This document shows positions 1-10,004 of a stretch of 64,000 bases of DNA, in pieces. Each line of letters opens with the position of its first letter. The stretch's first letter is position 1. The translations under genes were made by a program, and so were the position numbers. The notes beneath the pieces are model-generated. The model saw only the letters and a list, made by a program, of their open reading frames with translations. It was not told the DNA's origin and did not search any database. The stretch lies in assembly GCA_021738505.1 (NCBI GenBank), contig JAIPBW010000001.1, forward strand, positions 8,659 to 72,658. Reading direction: 5' to 3'. The DNA is from Bacteroidales bacterium. Its GTDB lineage: Bacteria > Bacteroidota > Bacteroidia > Bacteroidales > PWNQ01.

Positions 1-236
1 TGAATGTATACTTACAGGTCCTGAATGTGCTGAACAGTCAAAATGTACTTAACGTATATAATGCTACCGGAAATCCGGATGATGATGGCTTCCTTAGTGC
101 TGCGGAATTTCAACAACAAATTCAATCACAGAATGACCCGCAATCGTTCAGACAGCTCTATAGCATTCGTATGAATAGTCCTTATAATTATAGTCTGCCA
201 AGACGTATTCGTTTGGGCGTTTCATTTAATTTTTAA
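1..236 (+). CDS. 3' end of a TonB-dependent-receptor-like outer-membrane beta-barrel gene (5' part lies outside the window; first full codon at nt 3)
   Basis: The frame is open from nt 3 to TAA at 234-236. The tail ...SPYNYSLPRRIRLGVSFNF has the alternating hydrophobic last strand and terminal Phe typical of TonB-dependent/OMP barrels. Confidence 0.55.
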   Translation, partial: NVYLQVLNVLNSQNVLNVYNATGNPDDDGFLSAAEFQQQIQSQNDPQSFRQLYSIRMNSPYNYSLPRRIRLGVSFNF

Positions 237-271
237 ACAATTTCGAGTATAATAAATAAACACTAAAAGAT

Positions 272-3200
272 ATGAAGTATTTATTTCGGTTTATCGTTAT
301 AGCATTGATGGGGATTATGATCCTTCCCGACAATGTTATGGCTGAAAAAGTTCCGGACAACGGAAAAGACAACAACACTCAGAAAAACACGAATGTGTCT
401 GCAGCAGGTTGTTTGCCTGCTACAGCCGCTACTGACCTCGACTTAAACAACGTACGAGCTCGTATTAATACCGGTGGTGATATGTGGTGGGACTTGCAGG
501 GTACTGCCCAATATGAGGTGCCTAAAGGCTCTAGAAAGACCGCTATGTTCTCCGCCTCTCTATGGATGGCCGGCGTTGACGTAAACGGGCAGCTTAAAGC
601 CGCAGCTCAGAGATATCGTAGTAATGGAAATGATTTTTGGCCCGGCCCCTTATCTACAGACGGAAAAGCTGCTGTGGATGCGGCTACTTGTAAAGAGTAT
701 GACCAACATTTTCGAGTTACGAGAGCTGAGGTTGAAAAGTTTATTGCATGGAGAGATAATCCGCAAGATTACCCCAATTATACAATTCCAAAATCGATAA
801 TGGATTACCCGGCTCATGGGGATGTATCGAAAAATCAATCCTATTACCTTGCCCCATTTTACGATTATGATGGTGATGGTACTTATGATCCGAATTCCGG
901 AGACTATCCCTATTATGACTTTGATAACAGCCTTTGTAAAGAACCAGATCCTACAATGGAAGGGAATGGTATTCTAGCTGACCAGGTATTGAAAGGAGAT
1001 GAAACATTATGGTGGGTATTTAATGATAAAGGTAATGTGCACTCCGAAACAGAAGGCTCTCCAATTGGTGTTGAAATTAGAGCTCAAGCGTTTGCCTTTT
1101 CTACAAATGATGAGATTAACAATGCTACATTTTATTCTTATGAGATCATTAACCGTTCGACCTTCCGTTTAACAAATACTTATTTTAGTCAGTGGGTTGA
1201 TACAGACTTAGGTTATGCTCAGGATGACTATGTTGGTTGTGATGTGGAGCGTGGATTAGGCTATTGTTATAATGGTAAAGCTGTAGATGGTCTGGGTAAC
1301 GTCCAACATTATGGGGAACAACCACCTGCCGTTGGGGTTGACTTTTTCCAGGGCCCCTACATGGATAATGATGGTCTGGATAACCCGAAATTTACAGAAG
1401 AGATTACTTATGTTATTGATAGTACATTTACAGCAAATGATACCATTATTGATACGCTGAGTACGGACACAGTCAGAAGACAGGTTGTTGATGAAAGCAT
1501 TAACGGAGTTAACTTCGGTGATGATATCGTGGATAATGAGCGTTATGGAATGCGCCGTTTTGTTTATCACAATAATATTGGAACAGGACAACTAGATGCG
1601 ATGACCGACCCGGAAAAAGCAGCAGAATATTACCAATTATTAAGAGGTATCTGGAAAGACGGAACACGCATGCTTTATGGAGGAAATGCCCACCCGAACT
1701 CAGGTGCGTATGGCCCGGAATGTGATTTTATGTTTCCGGGAGCAACAGACCCCTGGAACTGGGGAACAGATGAGAAAACACCCAATGGACCAGAATTCTG
1801 GACGGAAGAAACAGCAGGTAATCAGCCTTATGACAGACGTTTTATGCAGTCAGCAGGTCCGTTTACTTTGGAAGCCGGTGCAGTGAACTATATTACTGTG
1901 GGTATTCCATGGGCTCGTGCTTCAACAGGTGGACCGTTTGCTTCTGTTAGATTATTGCAGGAAGTAGATGATAAAATCCAACGTTTATTCGATAACTGCT
2001 TTAAAGTATTGGACGGACCCGATGCACCTGATATGACAGTACAGGAAATGGACCAAAAATTGGTACTGTATCTGCAGAACAGACCGATTAGCAATAACTA
2101 TAAAGAACAATATGAAGAATATGATCCTTCTATTGTTACACCAGATAGCATCGAGAAACCCTCTAACAGATATGATTCGACCTATAATTTTGAGGGATAT
2201 CAAATCTATCAATTGCGCGATAAGGATGTGTCTATTTCTGATATCACAGATCCCGACAAAGCAAGACTTGTAGCACAATGTGATATTGAAAATAATGTAG
2301 ATCAATTGGTAAACTATACAAGAAACTCAAAATTAGATGCCAACGTTCCGGAAGAAATGGTTGATGGTAATAATGAAGGCATAAAACATTCTTTTGTAAT
2401 CGAAGAGGATGCTTTTGCTTCCGGTGATCGTACGCTGGTAAATCATAAAAAGTATTATTTTATTGCTATTGCTTATGCCTACAATGAATTTATGCCTTAT
2501 TCACAAGATCCCGGTAATATTACAGGTTTATATGGACAGAAGCAACCTTACCTTGCAGGAAGAAAAGCTGCTGCTGGTCCTATAACCCCGATAACTGTTA
2601 TACCTCACGATCCTGAATCAGAAAAAGGCGGAACCAAGCAAAAAGCGAAATATGGAGATGGTCCGAAAATTACCAGAATCGAAGGCCAGGGTAATGGCGG
2701 TATGGAACTTGAAATGACGCAGGAATCGATTGATGCAATTTTTGAAAATCCTGATTTTAGAATAAAGCATCCACAATACGAAAACGGAATGGGTCCGGTT
2801 AATATTAAAGTAGTTGATCCATTGCAGGTGGAATCGGCTGATTATACAATCATGTTTGATGTACCTAATCAGAGTGTGGACTCTGCCGACTGGGTGCTAT
2901 TAAGAAGTGATGATTTATCGGATACAATTGCGACTAGTGATCGCACTATATCAATTGAAAATGAGCAATTATTGTTAGATATTGGATTATCGATAAATAT
3001 ACGCCAGGTTATTCAACCGGGAAATCCGAGAGAAACTGAAAATAATGGTGTACTGAATTCACATCTGGTATATGCGGACAGTTCAAAACGTTGGTTAGGC
3101 GGGCTGCCGGATAATGATGCATCTATAAGTATGAACTGGATACGTTCCGGAACATTAGATGATGAAGCTAATCCTTCAAACAATGACTATTCTATTGGGT

Positions 3201-4342
3201 CGGATACTTCCAAAAAATGGTTAGACCCTAATGAAAACTTTGAAAAAATTATAAATGGTACCTGGACAGCATACAGAATGGCTGCACGTACCAATCAGAA
3301 TCCATATGGTCCAGCCCATTTCCAGGGATTCCATAGCAATACGGAATTTAGTGATCTGGCAAGTGTTGATATTGTATTTACCGACGATAAGAGCAAATGG
3401 ACGCGTTGCCCTGTAATTGAAATGGGCACTGATCCTGCTTTAACTGAAGGTGGAAAAGATAAATGGGAGCTCCGTGGTGGACAGTCTATTGACAAAGATG
3501 GCAATCCGGATGGAACAGGCAAAGGTATGGGATGGTTCCCGGGATACGCAATCAATGTTGAAACCGGAGAACGTCTGAATATGATGTATGGTGAAGACTC
3601 ATGGCTGATTGATCAGAATGGCCGGGATATGATGTGGAATCCGACCAATGAATTCTTTACGGATTTGGGACAGGTTCTGTTCGGAGGAAAACATTATGTT
3701 TATGTCTTTGCTCATAATGAAGACATGCCAGCTTATGACGAAGGGCAATATGCTTATAATGAACTTAAGAAAGGTAGTAATACATTTAGCGGATTGTTAT
3801 CCTCTAACATCATGTGGACCGGTATTCCAATGATGAACCCCGATGAAGAGTTCTTAAGTACGAAAGCAACAGTTAAGATTAGAGTACAGAAGCCCTATAA
3901 ACGATACTATTCCACAAGTGATTTTGCGGAAAGTAATCCGGTTAATGATAATTATCCTACGTATGAATTTACAACTAAGGATATAGCAACAGAAACGTAT
4001 AACAATGAAGTTGCAGAGAATGCACTTGATGAAATTCGCGCTGTTCCTAATCCTTATTATGGTTATTCTACTTATGAAACGGATCAGTTAGATAATCGAG
4101 TTAGAATCATTAATCTACCGGATAAGTGTACAATTAAAATTTATTCCCTTGATGGTACACTTGTAAGGAAGTATTCCAAGGATTCCCAAAACATTACAAG
4201 TATAGACTGGGATCTGGATAACCATGCAGGGATTCCAATTTCAAGCGGAATATATTTAATTCATGTAGATGCACCGGGTATTGGAGAAACTGTTGTAAAA
4301 TGGTTTGGTTCTATGCGTCCGGTAGACTTACAGTCATTCTAA
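272..4342 (+). CDS. 1356-aa secreted protein of unrecognised family with a T9SS-type C-terminal sorting domain
   Basis: N-terminal signal peptide (MKYLFRFIVIALMGIMILPDNVMA). Acidic Ca-binding-like loop DYDGDGTYDPNSGDYPYYD. The last ~100 aa (AVPNPYYGY...RIINLPDKCTIKIYSLDGTLVRKY...SSGIYLIHVDAP...) match the pattern of T9SS/FlgD-Ig-like C-terminal domains. A single long ORF with only short shadow ORFs on the other strand. Confidence 0.8.
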   Translation: MKYLFRFIVIALMGIMILPDNVMAEKVPDNGKDNNTQKNTNVSAAGCLPATAATDLDLNNVRARINTGGDMWWDLQGTAQYEVPKGSRKTAMFSASLWMAGVDVNGQLKAAAQRYRSNGNDFWPGPLSTDGKAAVDAATCKEYDQHFRVTRAEVEKFIAWRDNPQDYPNYTIPKSIMDYPAHGDVSKNQSYYLAPFYDYDGDGTYDPNSGDYPYYDFDNSLCKEPDPTMEGNGILADQVLKGDETLWWVFNDKGNVHSETEGSPIGVEIRAQAFAFSTNDEINNATFYSYEIINRSTFRLTNTYFSQWVDTDLGYAQDDYVGCDVERGLGYCYNGKAVDGLGNVQHYGEQPPAVGVDFFQGPYMDNDGLDNPKFTEEITYVIDSTFTANDTIIDTLSTDTVRRQVVDESINGVNFGDDIVDNERYGMRRFVYHNNIGTGQLDAMTDPEKAAEYYQLLRGIWKDGTRMLYGGNAHPNSGAYGPECDFMFPGATDPWNWGTDEKTPNGPEFWTEETAGNQPYDRRFMQSAGPFTLEAGAVNYITVGIPWARASTGGPFASVRLLQEVDDKIQRLFDNCFKVLDGPDAPDMTVQEMDQKLVLYLQNRPISNNYKEQYEEYDPSIVTPDSIEKPSNRYDSTYNFEGYQIYQLRDKDVSISDITDPDKARLVAQCDIENNVDQLVNYTRNSKLDANVPEEMVDGNNEGIKHSFVIEEDAFASGDRTLVNHKKYYFIAIAYAYNEFMPYSQDPGNITGLYGQKQPYLAGRKAAAGPITPITVIPHDPESEKGGTKQKAKYGDGPKITRIEGQGNGGMELEMTQESIDAIFENPDFRIKHPQYENGMGPVNIKVVDPLQVESADYTIMFDVPNQSVDSADWVLLRSDDLSDTIATSDRTISIENEQLLLDIGLSINIRQVIQPGNPRETENNGVLNSHLVYADSSKRWLGGLPDNDASISMNWIRSGTLDDEANPSNNDYSIGSDTSKKWLDPNENFEKIINGTWTAYRMAARTNQNPYGPAHFQGFHSNTEFSDLASVDIVFTDDKSKWTRCPVIEMGTDPALTEGGKDKWELRGGQSIDKDGNPDGTGKGMGWFPGYAINVETGERLNMMYGEDSWLIDQNGRDMMWNPTNEFFTDLGQVLFGGKHYVYVFAHNEDMPAYDEGQYAYNELKKGSNTFSGLLSSNIMWTGIPMMNPDEEFLSTKATVKIRVQKPYKRYYSTSDFAESNPVNDNYPTYEFTTKDIATETYNNEVAENALDEIRAVPNPYYGYSTYETDQLDNRVRIINLPDKCTIKIYSLDGTLVRKYSKDSQNITSIDWDLDNHAGIPISSGIYLIHVDAPGIGETVVKWFGSMRPVDLQSF

Positions 4343-4373
4343 GTAGAAAAAGAATAAGAAAAACATAAGAATA

Positions 4374-5438
4374 ATGAAACATACAGTAAAATATTTAATC
4401 GTAATGGTTTTGGCGGCAGTATTAGTACTGCCGTCGCAAACCAGTAAAGCTGGTAATGAGGACCGTTCTGGCCAGGCTGGTGCTGATGAACTGTTGATTA
4501 ATCCATGGGCAAGATCTACCGGATGGGCAAGTGCAAATACCGGTGGAGTTAATGGCCTGGAGGCTCAATACTTAAATGTGGCCGGCATGGCATTTACAGA
4601 AAAAACAGAAATAGGTTTTTCACATTCCAATTATTTAGTGGGGACAGGAATTAATATCAATTCAGTTGGATTATCGCAAAGGTTATCAGAAACCGGTGGT
4701 GTTTTCGGTATTGGTATTATGTCAATGTCATTTGGTGATATTGAAAGAACCACTGTCAATCTGCCAGAAGGAGGTTCCGGAGAGTTTACACCAACATATT
4801 TGAATGTAAATATTTCCTATGCCAAAGCTTTCTCAAATAGTATTTATGGCGGGATTAATTTTAAAATTATTTCTGAGCAAATCTCCAATATTGGTGCTCA
4901 GGGTATTGCCATTGACGCAGGTGTACAATATGTTACCGGCCGCGATGATCAAATCCAGTTTGGTGTAGCATTGAAAAATGTAGGTCCGGAGATGAAGTTC
5001 ACCGGTGATGGAATGTCACTGAGAACGCTTATCACCGATGCCGATCATACGATGACGGTAGAGCAAAGATCTGATGCTTTTGAATTACCTGCACTGATCC
5101 GTATTGGTGCTACTTATGATTTTGATCTTGGCGAGCAGCATGAACTATCCGTTGCCGGAAATTTCCAATCCAATTCATTTAGAAAAGACGTGATCTCACT
5201 CGGAATGGAATATTCTTTCAGTGAATATCTTGATGTTCGTGGTGGTTATAATTATGAACCGGGAATTATCGAAGGCGGTTCAGAAAGAACAACGATCTAT
5301 ACGGGACCCACAGGAGGTGCATCTGTTAAAGTCCCAATGGATAAAGAAAAAGGAAGTTATTTCTCCATCGATTATTCCTACAGAGCTACAGATCCTTTTG
5401 ATGGTGTACACTCCGTCGGAGCATCACTGGTACTGTAA
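4374..5438 (+). CDS. PorV/PorQ-family outer-membrane beta-barrel protein
   Basis: Signal peptide followed by GADELLINPWARSTGWASANTGGVNGLEAQYLNVAGMAF, which resembles the conserved N-terminal strand/loop of PorV/PorQ-like barrels. Alternating beta-strand pattern throughout, ending in an aromatic-rich last strand. Starts 31 nt after the upstream T9SS-sorted gene. Confidence 0.6.
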   Translation: MKHTVKYLIVMVLAAVLVLPSQTSKAGNEDRSGQAGADELLINPWARSTGWASANTGGVNGLEAQYLNVAGMAFTEKTEIGFSHSNYLVGTGININSVGLSQRLSETGGVFGIGIMSMSFGDIERTTVNLPEGGSGEFTPTYLNVNISYAKAFSNSIYGGINFKIISEQISNIGAQGIAIDAGVQYVTGRDDQIQFGVALKNVGPEMKFTGDGMSLRTLITDADHTMTVEQRSDAFELPALIRIGATYDFDLGEQHELSVAGNFQSNSFRKDVISLGMEYSFSEYLDVRGGYNYEPGIIEGGSERTTIYTGPTGGASVKVPMDKEKGSYFSIDYSYRATDPFDGVHSVGASLVL

Positions 5439-5490
5439 AAAAAGTACTTGACATACCGAACAATTTTATTATCTTTATAGTTGAATAAAA

Positions 5491-5525
5491 GAGGGCCCTT
5501 GCAAAAGGGTCTTCTTGTATTTTAT
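5491..5525 (+). terminator. Putative intrinsic terminator after the PorV-like gene
   Basis: GAGGGCCCTT-GCAA-AAGGGTCTTC forms a 10-bp stem (two G-U pairs) with a GNRA-like tetraloop, followed by T-rich TTGTATTTT. Confidence 0.4.
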
Positions 5526-5550
5526 AACTTGAATTTTAAAACGAAATCAA

Positions 5551-6027
5551 ATGGCTGATGTAAAGTATTACAGTGAAGAAGGATTGGAGAAACTGAAAAA
5601 TGAGTTACACCAATTGGAAACTGTGGAGAGACCAAAAATATCACAGCAAATTGCAGAAGCACGTGATAAAGGAGACTTATCCGAGAATGCGGAATATGAT
5701 GCTGCTAAAGAAGCACAAGGATTATTAGAGGCCAAAATTGCTCAACTGAAAGAGCTAATTGGAAAGGCCCGGGTTATTGATGAATCGCAAATTGATGATT
5801 CTAAAGTTTTGTTGTTTTCAAACGTCAAGATTAAGAATCTGAAAAATAAAGCGAAAATGACCTACACTATTGTTCCTGAAAAAGAATCCAATTTGAAAGA
5901 AGGGAAAATCTCAGTGGATTCTCCTATTGCAAAAGGATTATTAGGAAAAGAAATTGGGGATAAAGTGGATATAGAAGTTCCGGCAGGAACTGTTACGTTT
6001 GAAATTATTGATATTTCCAGGGAATAA
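5551..6027 (+). CDS. greA: Transcription elongation factor GreA
   Basis: 158 aa. N-terminal coiled-coil with ...ARDKGDLSENAEYDAAKEAQ..., the canonical GreA acidic tip motif. Confidence 0.95.
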   Translation: MADVKYYSEEGLEKLKNELHQLETVERPKISQQIAEARDKGDLSENAEYDAAKEAQGLLEAKIAQLKELIGKARVIDESQIDDSKVLLFSNVKIKNLKNKAKMTYTIVPEKESNLKEGKISVDSPIAKGLLGKEIGDKVDIEVPAGTVTFEIIDISRE

Positions 6028-6039
6028 ATATAGTTACTT

Positions 6040-6435
6040 ATGAGTTCACTATTTACAAAAATTGTCAAAGGAGAAATTCCGAGCTATAAAATAGCTGAGG
6101 ACGATAATTATTTAGCCTTTTTGGATATCAATCCCTTAGCTGAGGGGCATACATTGGTTATCCCAAAAAAAGAAGTCGATTATATCTTTGATTTAGATCA
6201 GGAGACCTATAAAGGATTGTTTGCTTTTGCCCAAAAAGTGGCTAAGGCCATGGATAAAGCTATTGATTGTAAACGAATTGGTATAACCGTTATTGGGCTT
6301 GAAGTAGCTCATGCCCACGTGCATCTTATTCCCATTAACACATTATATGACATGGATTTCAAGCAGCCTAAGCTGAAATTTACGGATGAAGAGTTTCAGG
6401 CTATTGCTGAAAGAATAGGAAAGTATGTGGAATAA
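6040..6435 (+). CDS. HIT (histidine triad) family protein
   Basis: 131 aa. GHTLVIPKK and the histidine triad HAHVHLIP. Confidence 0.9.
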   Translation: MSSLFTKIVKGEIPSYKIAEDDNYLAFLDINPLAEGHTLVIPKKEVDYIFDLDQETYKGLFAFAQKVAKAMDKAIDCKRIGITVIGLEVAHAHVHLIPINTLYDMDFKQPKLKFTDEEFQAIAERIGKYVE

Positions 6436-6470
6436 TAGTACTGCAACAAGATAAGAAAACGTCAATGTAT

Positions 6471-7052
6471 TTATTCTGATATACGATCAGGATTATTGTT
6501 TAAAAAAGATTTCCAACTACCATATTTATTACCGGAACTTGCTGTGGAACCCTGAAAGGAGTGACAAACAGCCACTGCTAACCCATCTGTGGCATCTAAA
6601 TATTCAGGCACTTCCTGAAACCTGACTAAGTTTTCCAACATAGCGGCTACCTGTTCCTTTGATGCAGCGCCTCGTCCTGTGATTGATTGTTTTATCCGGC
6701 GTGGTGAATATTCCGTAATTGGGATGTCGCGGTATAAAGCACTTGCCATTGCTACTCCCTGGGCTCGCCCTAACTTCAACATCGACTGGACATTTTTTCC
6801 ATAAAACGGTGCTTCAATAGCAAGTTCATCCGGATGATACTCATCTATGATGGATAATACTTTGTCAAAAATCTTTTTTAACTTTAACGCATGATTGGAT
6901 AGACCTGACAATTTCAGAACTCCCATCGTTATTAAAGAAATATTTTTTCCATGGCAGGATATCAAACCATATCCCATTATATTTGTACCTGGGTCGATAC
7001 CTAAAATTATTTTTTCATTATCCAAAGTCAAAAAGATTATTTTGTTGAGCAC
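6471..7052 (-). CDS. ruvC: Crossover junction endodeoxyribonuclease RuvC
   Basis: [19 protein letters not shown]-terminal catalytic Asp motif, with RuvC-like length. The start is uncertain (GTG at 7052, or TTG at 7025 giving [13 protein letters not shown]). Confidence 0.9.
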   Translation of the reverse strand: MLNKIIFLTLDNEKIILGIDPGTNIMGYGLISCHGKNISLITMGVLKLSGLSNHALKLKKIFDKVLSIIDEYHPDELAIEAPFYGKNVQSMLKLGRAQGVAMASALYRDIPITEYSPRRIKQSITGRGAASKEQVAAMLENLVRFQEVPEYLDATDGLAVAVCHSFQGSTASSGNKYGSWKSFLNNNPDRISE

Positions 7053-8070
7053 AAAGTTACATAAAACCTATAATCTATTAATTAAAGCGGTGATTGTTAT
7101 TGTTGCTTATTATGTGATTTATAAACAGGTGTTTGTCCAGCATACCTGGGATGAAATTGCTCAGTACTTTGCACAGAATTATTCATTTTATCGTTTACTT
7201 TTCCCGTTCTTTATAATCATTATTCTGATGATTGTAAACTGGGGAATAGAAAGTATCAAATGGCAATATCTGATCAGCAAAAATGAAAATATAAATTTGA
7301 AAACCAGCCTGCAGGGGGTGTTTAGTGGCATAACGGTTAGTTCTTTGACACCCAACAGAATCGGTGAATATTTTGGGCGTGTTTTTATTCTGAAAAAAAC
7401 GCATCCCGTTCGGGGTATCCTGATGACAATTGTTGGTAGTTTAAGTCAACTCCTTGTAACCATTCTTATGGGTGGCTTTGCCATATTGTATGTGACGTTT
7501 CGTTATACGGAGCTTGTATATCCGAAAAATCCTTTTCTTAGTGCCGTGGCTATAGGGCTTCTTATCCTGCTCATGATCATGGTTTCAGGAATTTATTTTA
7601 ATCTTAAAGGAGTTTCAAACATACTTCATCGACTAACGATCAAATGGCCGAAAATTAACCGGTTTATTCATGTGTTTGCGTATTATGACCGTAAAGAACT
7701 GGTTAATGTATTTCTGTTGAGCCTAAGCCGGTATGTTGTATTCAGTTTGCAACTTTATTTACTGATGCGCATTTTTCATATTCCGCTGACCATTTTCGAA
7801 GGTTTGATTGTTGTTTCCTTGATATTTCTGACCATAACAATTATCCCATCTGTTGCTCTTGCTGAGATAGGTATTCGTGGTTCTGTCGCCATATATGTTA
7901 TTCAACAATATTACTACCTGAATAATCTTAATCCTTCTTTAGGATATGAGCTTGATGTGATGGCTTCTACCTCCGTATTGTGGTTGATCAATATTATTTT
8001 ACCTGCGATAATTGGCTCATTATTTATTTTTAAATTGTCGTTCTTTAATTCCCGGAACAATGGAAATTAG
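7042..8070 (+). CDS. Polytopic membrane protein, flippase-like / lysylphosphatidylglycerol-synthase-TM-region-like (UPF0104-like)
   Basis: Multiple hydrophobic helices, family call from general resemblance only. The ATG at 6895 would overlap ruvC by 158 nt, so I place the start at in-frame TTG 7042/7045 (GTG 7090 is also possible). The 3' end overlaps the downstream GT2 gene. Confidence 0.55.
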   Translation: MLSTKLHKTYNLLIKAVIVIVAYYVIYKQVFVQHTWDEIAQYFAQNYSFYRLLFPFFIIIILMIVNWGIESIKWQYLISKNENINLKTSLQGVFSGITVSSLTPNRIGEYFGRVFILKKTHPVRGILMTIVGSLSQLLVTILMGGFAILYVTFRYTELVYPKNPFLSAVAIGLLILLMIMVSGIYFNLKGVSNILHRLTIKWPKINRFIHVFAYYDRKELVNVFLLSLSRYVVFSLQLYLLMRIFHIPLTIFEGLIVVSLIFLTITIIPSVALAEIGIRGSVAIYVIQQYYYLNNLNPSLGYELDVMASTSVLWLINIILPAIIGSLFIFKLSFFNSRNNGN

Positions 8071-9205
8071 CGTTATCATAATGTATATTGTACTTTTTGC
8101 CTACTGCCTGCTGATGTTTTTTTTTCTGTATGGCTGGAACAGGATTGACCGTGTTAATGTGCAGAAACATACATTACCCGTTGCTATTAGTATTGTGGTG
8201 CCCGTAAGAAATGAGCAAAATAATATTATAAATCTGCTGTATTCCTTAAAAATGCAGGACTATGATACAGATTATTATGAAATCATTATCGTGGATGATC
8301 ATTCCTCAGATTCAACAGAACAGGTTGTGCGAAAATTTAAACACCAAAATCTTTCACTGAATATTGAGTTAATCACGTTAAAAAAGCATGAGTCTTCCAA
8401 AAAGACTGCTTTAATGCAAGGAATAAAACATTCCGGTGGAGATATTATTGTTATGACCGATGCAGATTGCCGGGCAGGAATAAAATATTTAAGTACAATA
8501 AATGAATATTTCCGTAAGCAGCAACCGCGGTTAATTATAGGACCTGTAAAAATGAAAATCAATAAATCTATTTTTTCGAAAATTCAGGCATTAGAATTTC
8601 TTTCTCTGATTTTTACTTCCGGTGGATCAACAAAGTCAACAAGTGCCTTAATGGCAAATGGAGCTAATCTGATAGTAGATCGTCAGGTGTTTACTGAAAT
8701 ATCAAATAAAGATATTTTTTTCCAAAAACATGCTTCCGGTGATGATATTTTTTTATTGAATTTTGTTAAAAAAACTTATGGCAATAGTGCAGTCCACTTT
8801 TTAAAACATGAAGATGCGGTTATGGAAACAAAAACTGCCAATCGTGTTGAAGATTTTGTGTTTCAACGAAAGCGATGGGTTTCCAAGAGCAGATCCTATA
8901 CAGACCCCTGGCTTATAACTACAGCTCTTGTCGTATTGATGATTTCTTTTGTCCAGCTTATTAGCCTTTTTTGGGGGATTTTTGCAACAAACATCCTGGT
9001 TTTTGCAGGTGTTATCTGGTTGATTAAAGTTTTTGTTGACTTTATCGTTATGTCAACTGCAACTAAATTCTTCAATCAACAAAAACTTCTTTGGTGGTTT
9101 TTTCTGGCATCCATTATATATCCCTTTTATGTCGTTTTTTCCGCTTTGGCTGGGTTATTCTCAGGCTATTCCTGGAAAGGAAGGGCTTATTCAAAAGGCC
9201 AATGA
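8060..9205 (+). CDS. Family 2 glycosyltransferase with C-terminal membrane helices
   Basis: ISIVVPVRNEQNNI, IIIVDDHSSDST and MTDADC (DxD) motifs, then hydrophobic C-terminal helices. Start taken at ATG 8060 (MEISVIIMY...). Confidence 0.85.
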   Translation: MEISVIIMYIVLFAYCLLMFFFLYGWNRIDRVNVQKHTLPVAISIVVPVRNEQNNIINLLYSLKMQDYDTDYYEIIIVDDHSSDSTEQVVRKFKHQNLSLNIELITLKKHESSKKTALMQGIKHSGGDIIVMTDADCRAGIKYLSTINEYFRKQQPRLIIGPVKMKINKSIFSKIQALEFLSLIFTSGGSTKSTSALMANGANLIVDRQVFTEISNKDIFFQKHASGDDIFLLNFVKKTYGNSAVHFLKHEDAVMETKTANRVEDFVFQRKRWVSKSRSYTDPWLITTALVVLMISFVQLISLFWGIFATNILVFAGVIWLIKVFVDFIVMSTATKFFNQQKLLWWFFLASIIYPFYVVFSALAGLFSGYSWKGRAYSKGQ

Positions 9206-9271
9206 TAAAAGTATATGCCAAATCGTGACAAAATATTGTTATGGACGAGCATTTTTTTTGCGACTCTACTT

Positions 9272-9949
9272 TTATTTTTTCATTAGATTACCAAGCATTA
9301 TAGCAATACGTAAATCCATTCGGGTGGTAACTTTCAGATTTTCTTCATTTCCTTTACATAAAAGGATTTGGTGTCCCATTGCTTCAACTACGCTCGCATC
9401 ATCAGTGAAGAACTCCTGATAATCTTGCTGATATGCTTTCTTTATTATTTCTGTCCGAAAAACCTGTGGTGTTTGGATTCGTTTGATTTTAGAGCGATCA
9501 ATGGGATGGCTGTCTTCACCGGAAGTCTGCCTTAAAGTATCTGTGGAGTTTATGTATGGAATTGCTGTTCCGTATTTCTCTGCAGTTTCAAATGCATTGC
9601 GAATGGTATCGATAGAGGGAAAAGGGCGAACACCATCGTGGATGCCGGTAAGGCCGCCATCGTCGGCATGCAATACTCCGTTTCTTACAGACTCAAAACG
9701 CGTTGGGCCTCCCTCTACGATCTGATGGTTAATGTTAAAATTAAATTCTTCACATAGCTCTTCCCAGAGGCTTATCCGTTCGGCCGGTAAAACAATGATT
9801 CTCTTTATGGAAGTGTCAAACAGTTCAAAAGCTTCCATTGCCCACATCAGCATGGGTTTTTCACTTACCGGTATAAACTGTTTCGGGATGTCCGTGTTCA
9901 TCCGTTTACCGCTTCCTCCTGCTGTGAAAATTATGTTGTGTGTTGCCAT
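9272..9949 (-). CDS. ispD: 2-C-methyl-D-erythritol 4-phosphate cytidylyltransferase
   Basis: IIFTAGGSGKRMNTDIPKQFIPV P-loop-like IspD signature. Start taken at ATG 9949 (MATHNIIF...) because upstream codons lie inside a terminator hairpin. Confidence 0.9.
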   Translation of the reverse strand: MATHNIIFTAGGSGKRMNTDIPKQFIPVSEKPMLMWAMEAFELFDTSIKRIIVLPAERISLWEELCEEFNFNINHQIVEGGPTRFESVRNGVLHADDGGLTGIHDGVRPFPSIDTIRNAFETAEKYGTAIPYINSTDTLRQTSGEDSHPIDRSKIKRIQTPQVFRTEIIKKAYQQDYQEFFTDDASVVEAMGHQILLCKGNEENLKVTTRMDLRIAIMLGNLMKK

Positions 9950-9980
9950 AAAAAAAAGGTGTATCATTTTCGGATACACC
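9950..9980 (-). terminator. Intrinsic terminator downstream of queA, abutting the ispD start codon
   Basis: The minus strand reads GGTGTATC-CGAAAAT-GATACACC followed by TTTTTTTT, then immediately the ATG of ispD. Confidence 0.6.
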
Positions 9981-10004
9981 CATCAAAGATATAAATAATA
10001 TTTA

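Noticed and set aside
272-4342. Identification of the 1356-aa protein as the T9SS sortase PorU, suggested by its position immediately upstream of a PorV-like gene and its size
   Set aside because: I could not find a gingipain/C25-like catalytic His (…GHG…) or Cys context in the sequence, and nothing else resembles a peptidase motif. It is left as unknown family pending an HMM search.
6895-7052. Head-to-head overlap of ruvC and the flippase-like membrane-protein gene (158 nt with the track coordinates)
   Set aside because: This is most simply explained by start-codon choice. The track uses the longest ORFs (ATG 6895; GTG 7052). In-frame TTG/GTG starts (7042/7045/7090 for the plus gene, 7025 for ruvC) remove the overlap. 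The short divergent spacer remains slightly odd but is not evidence of anything new.
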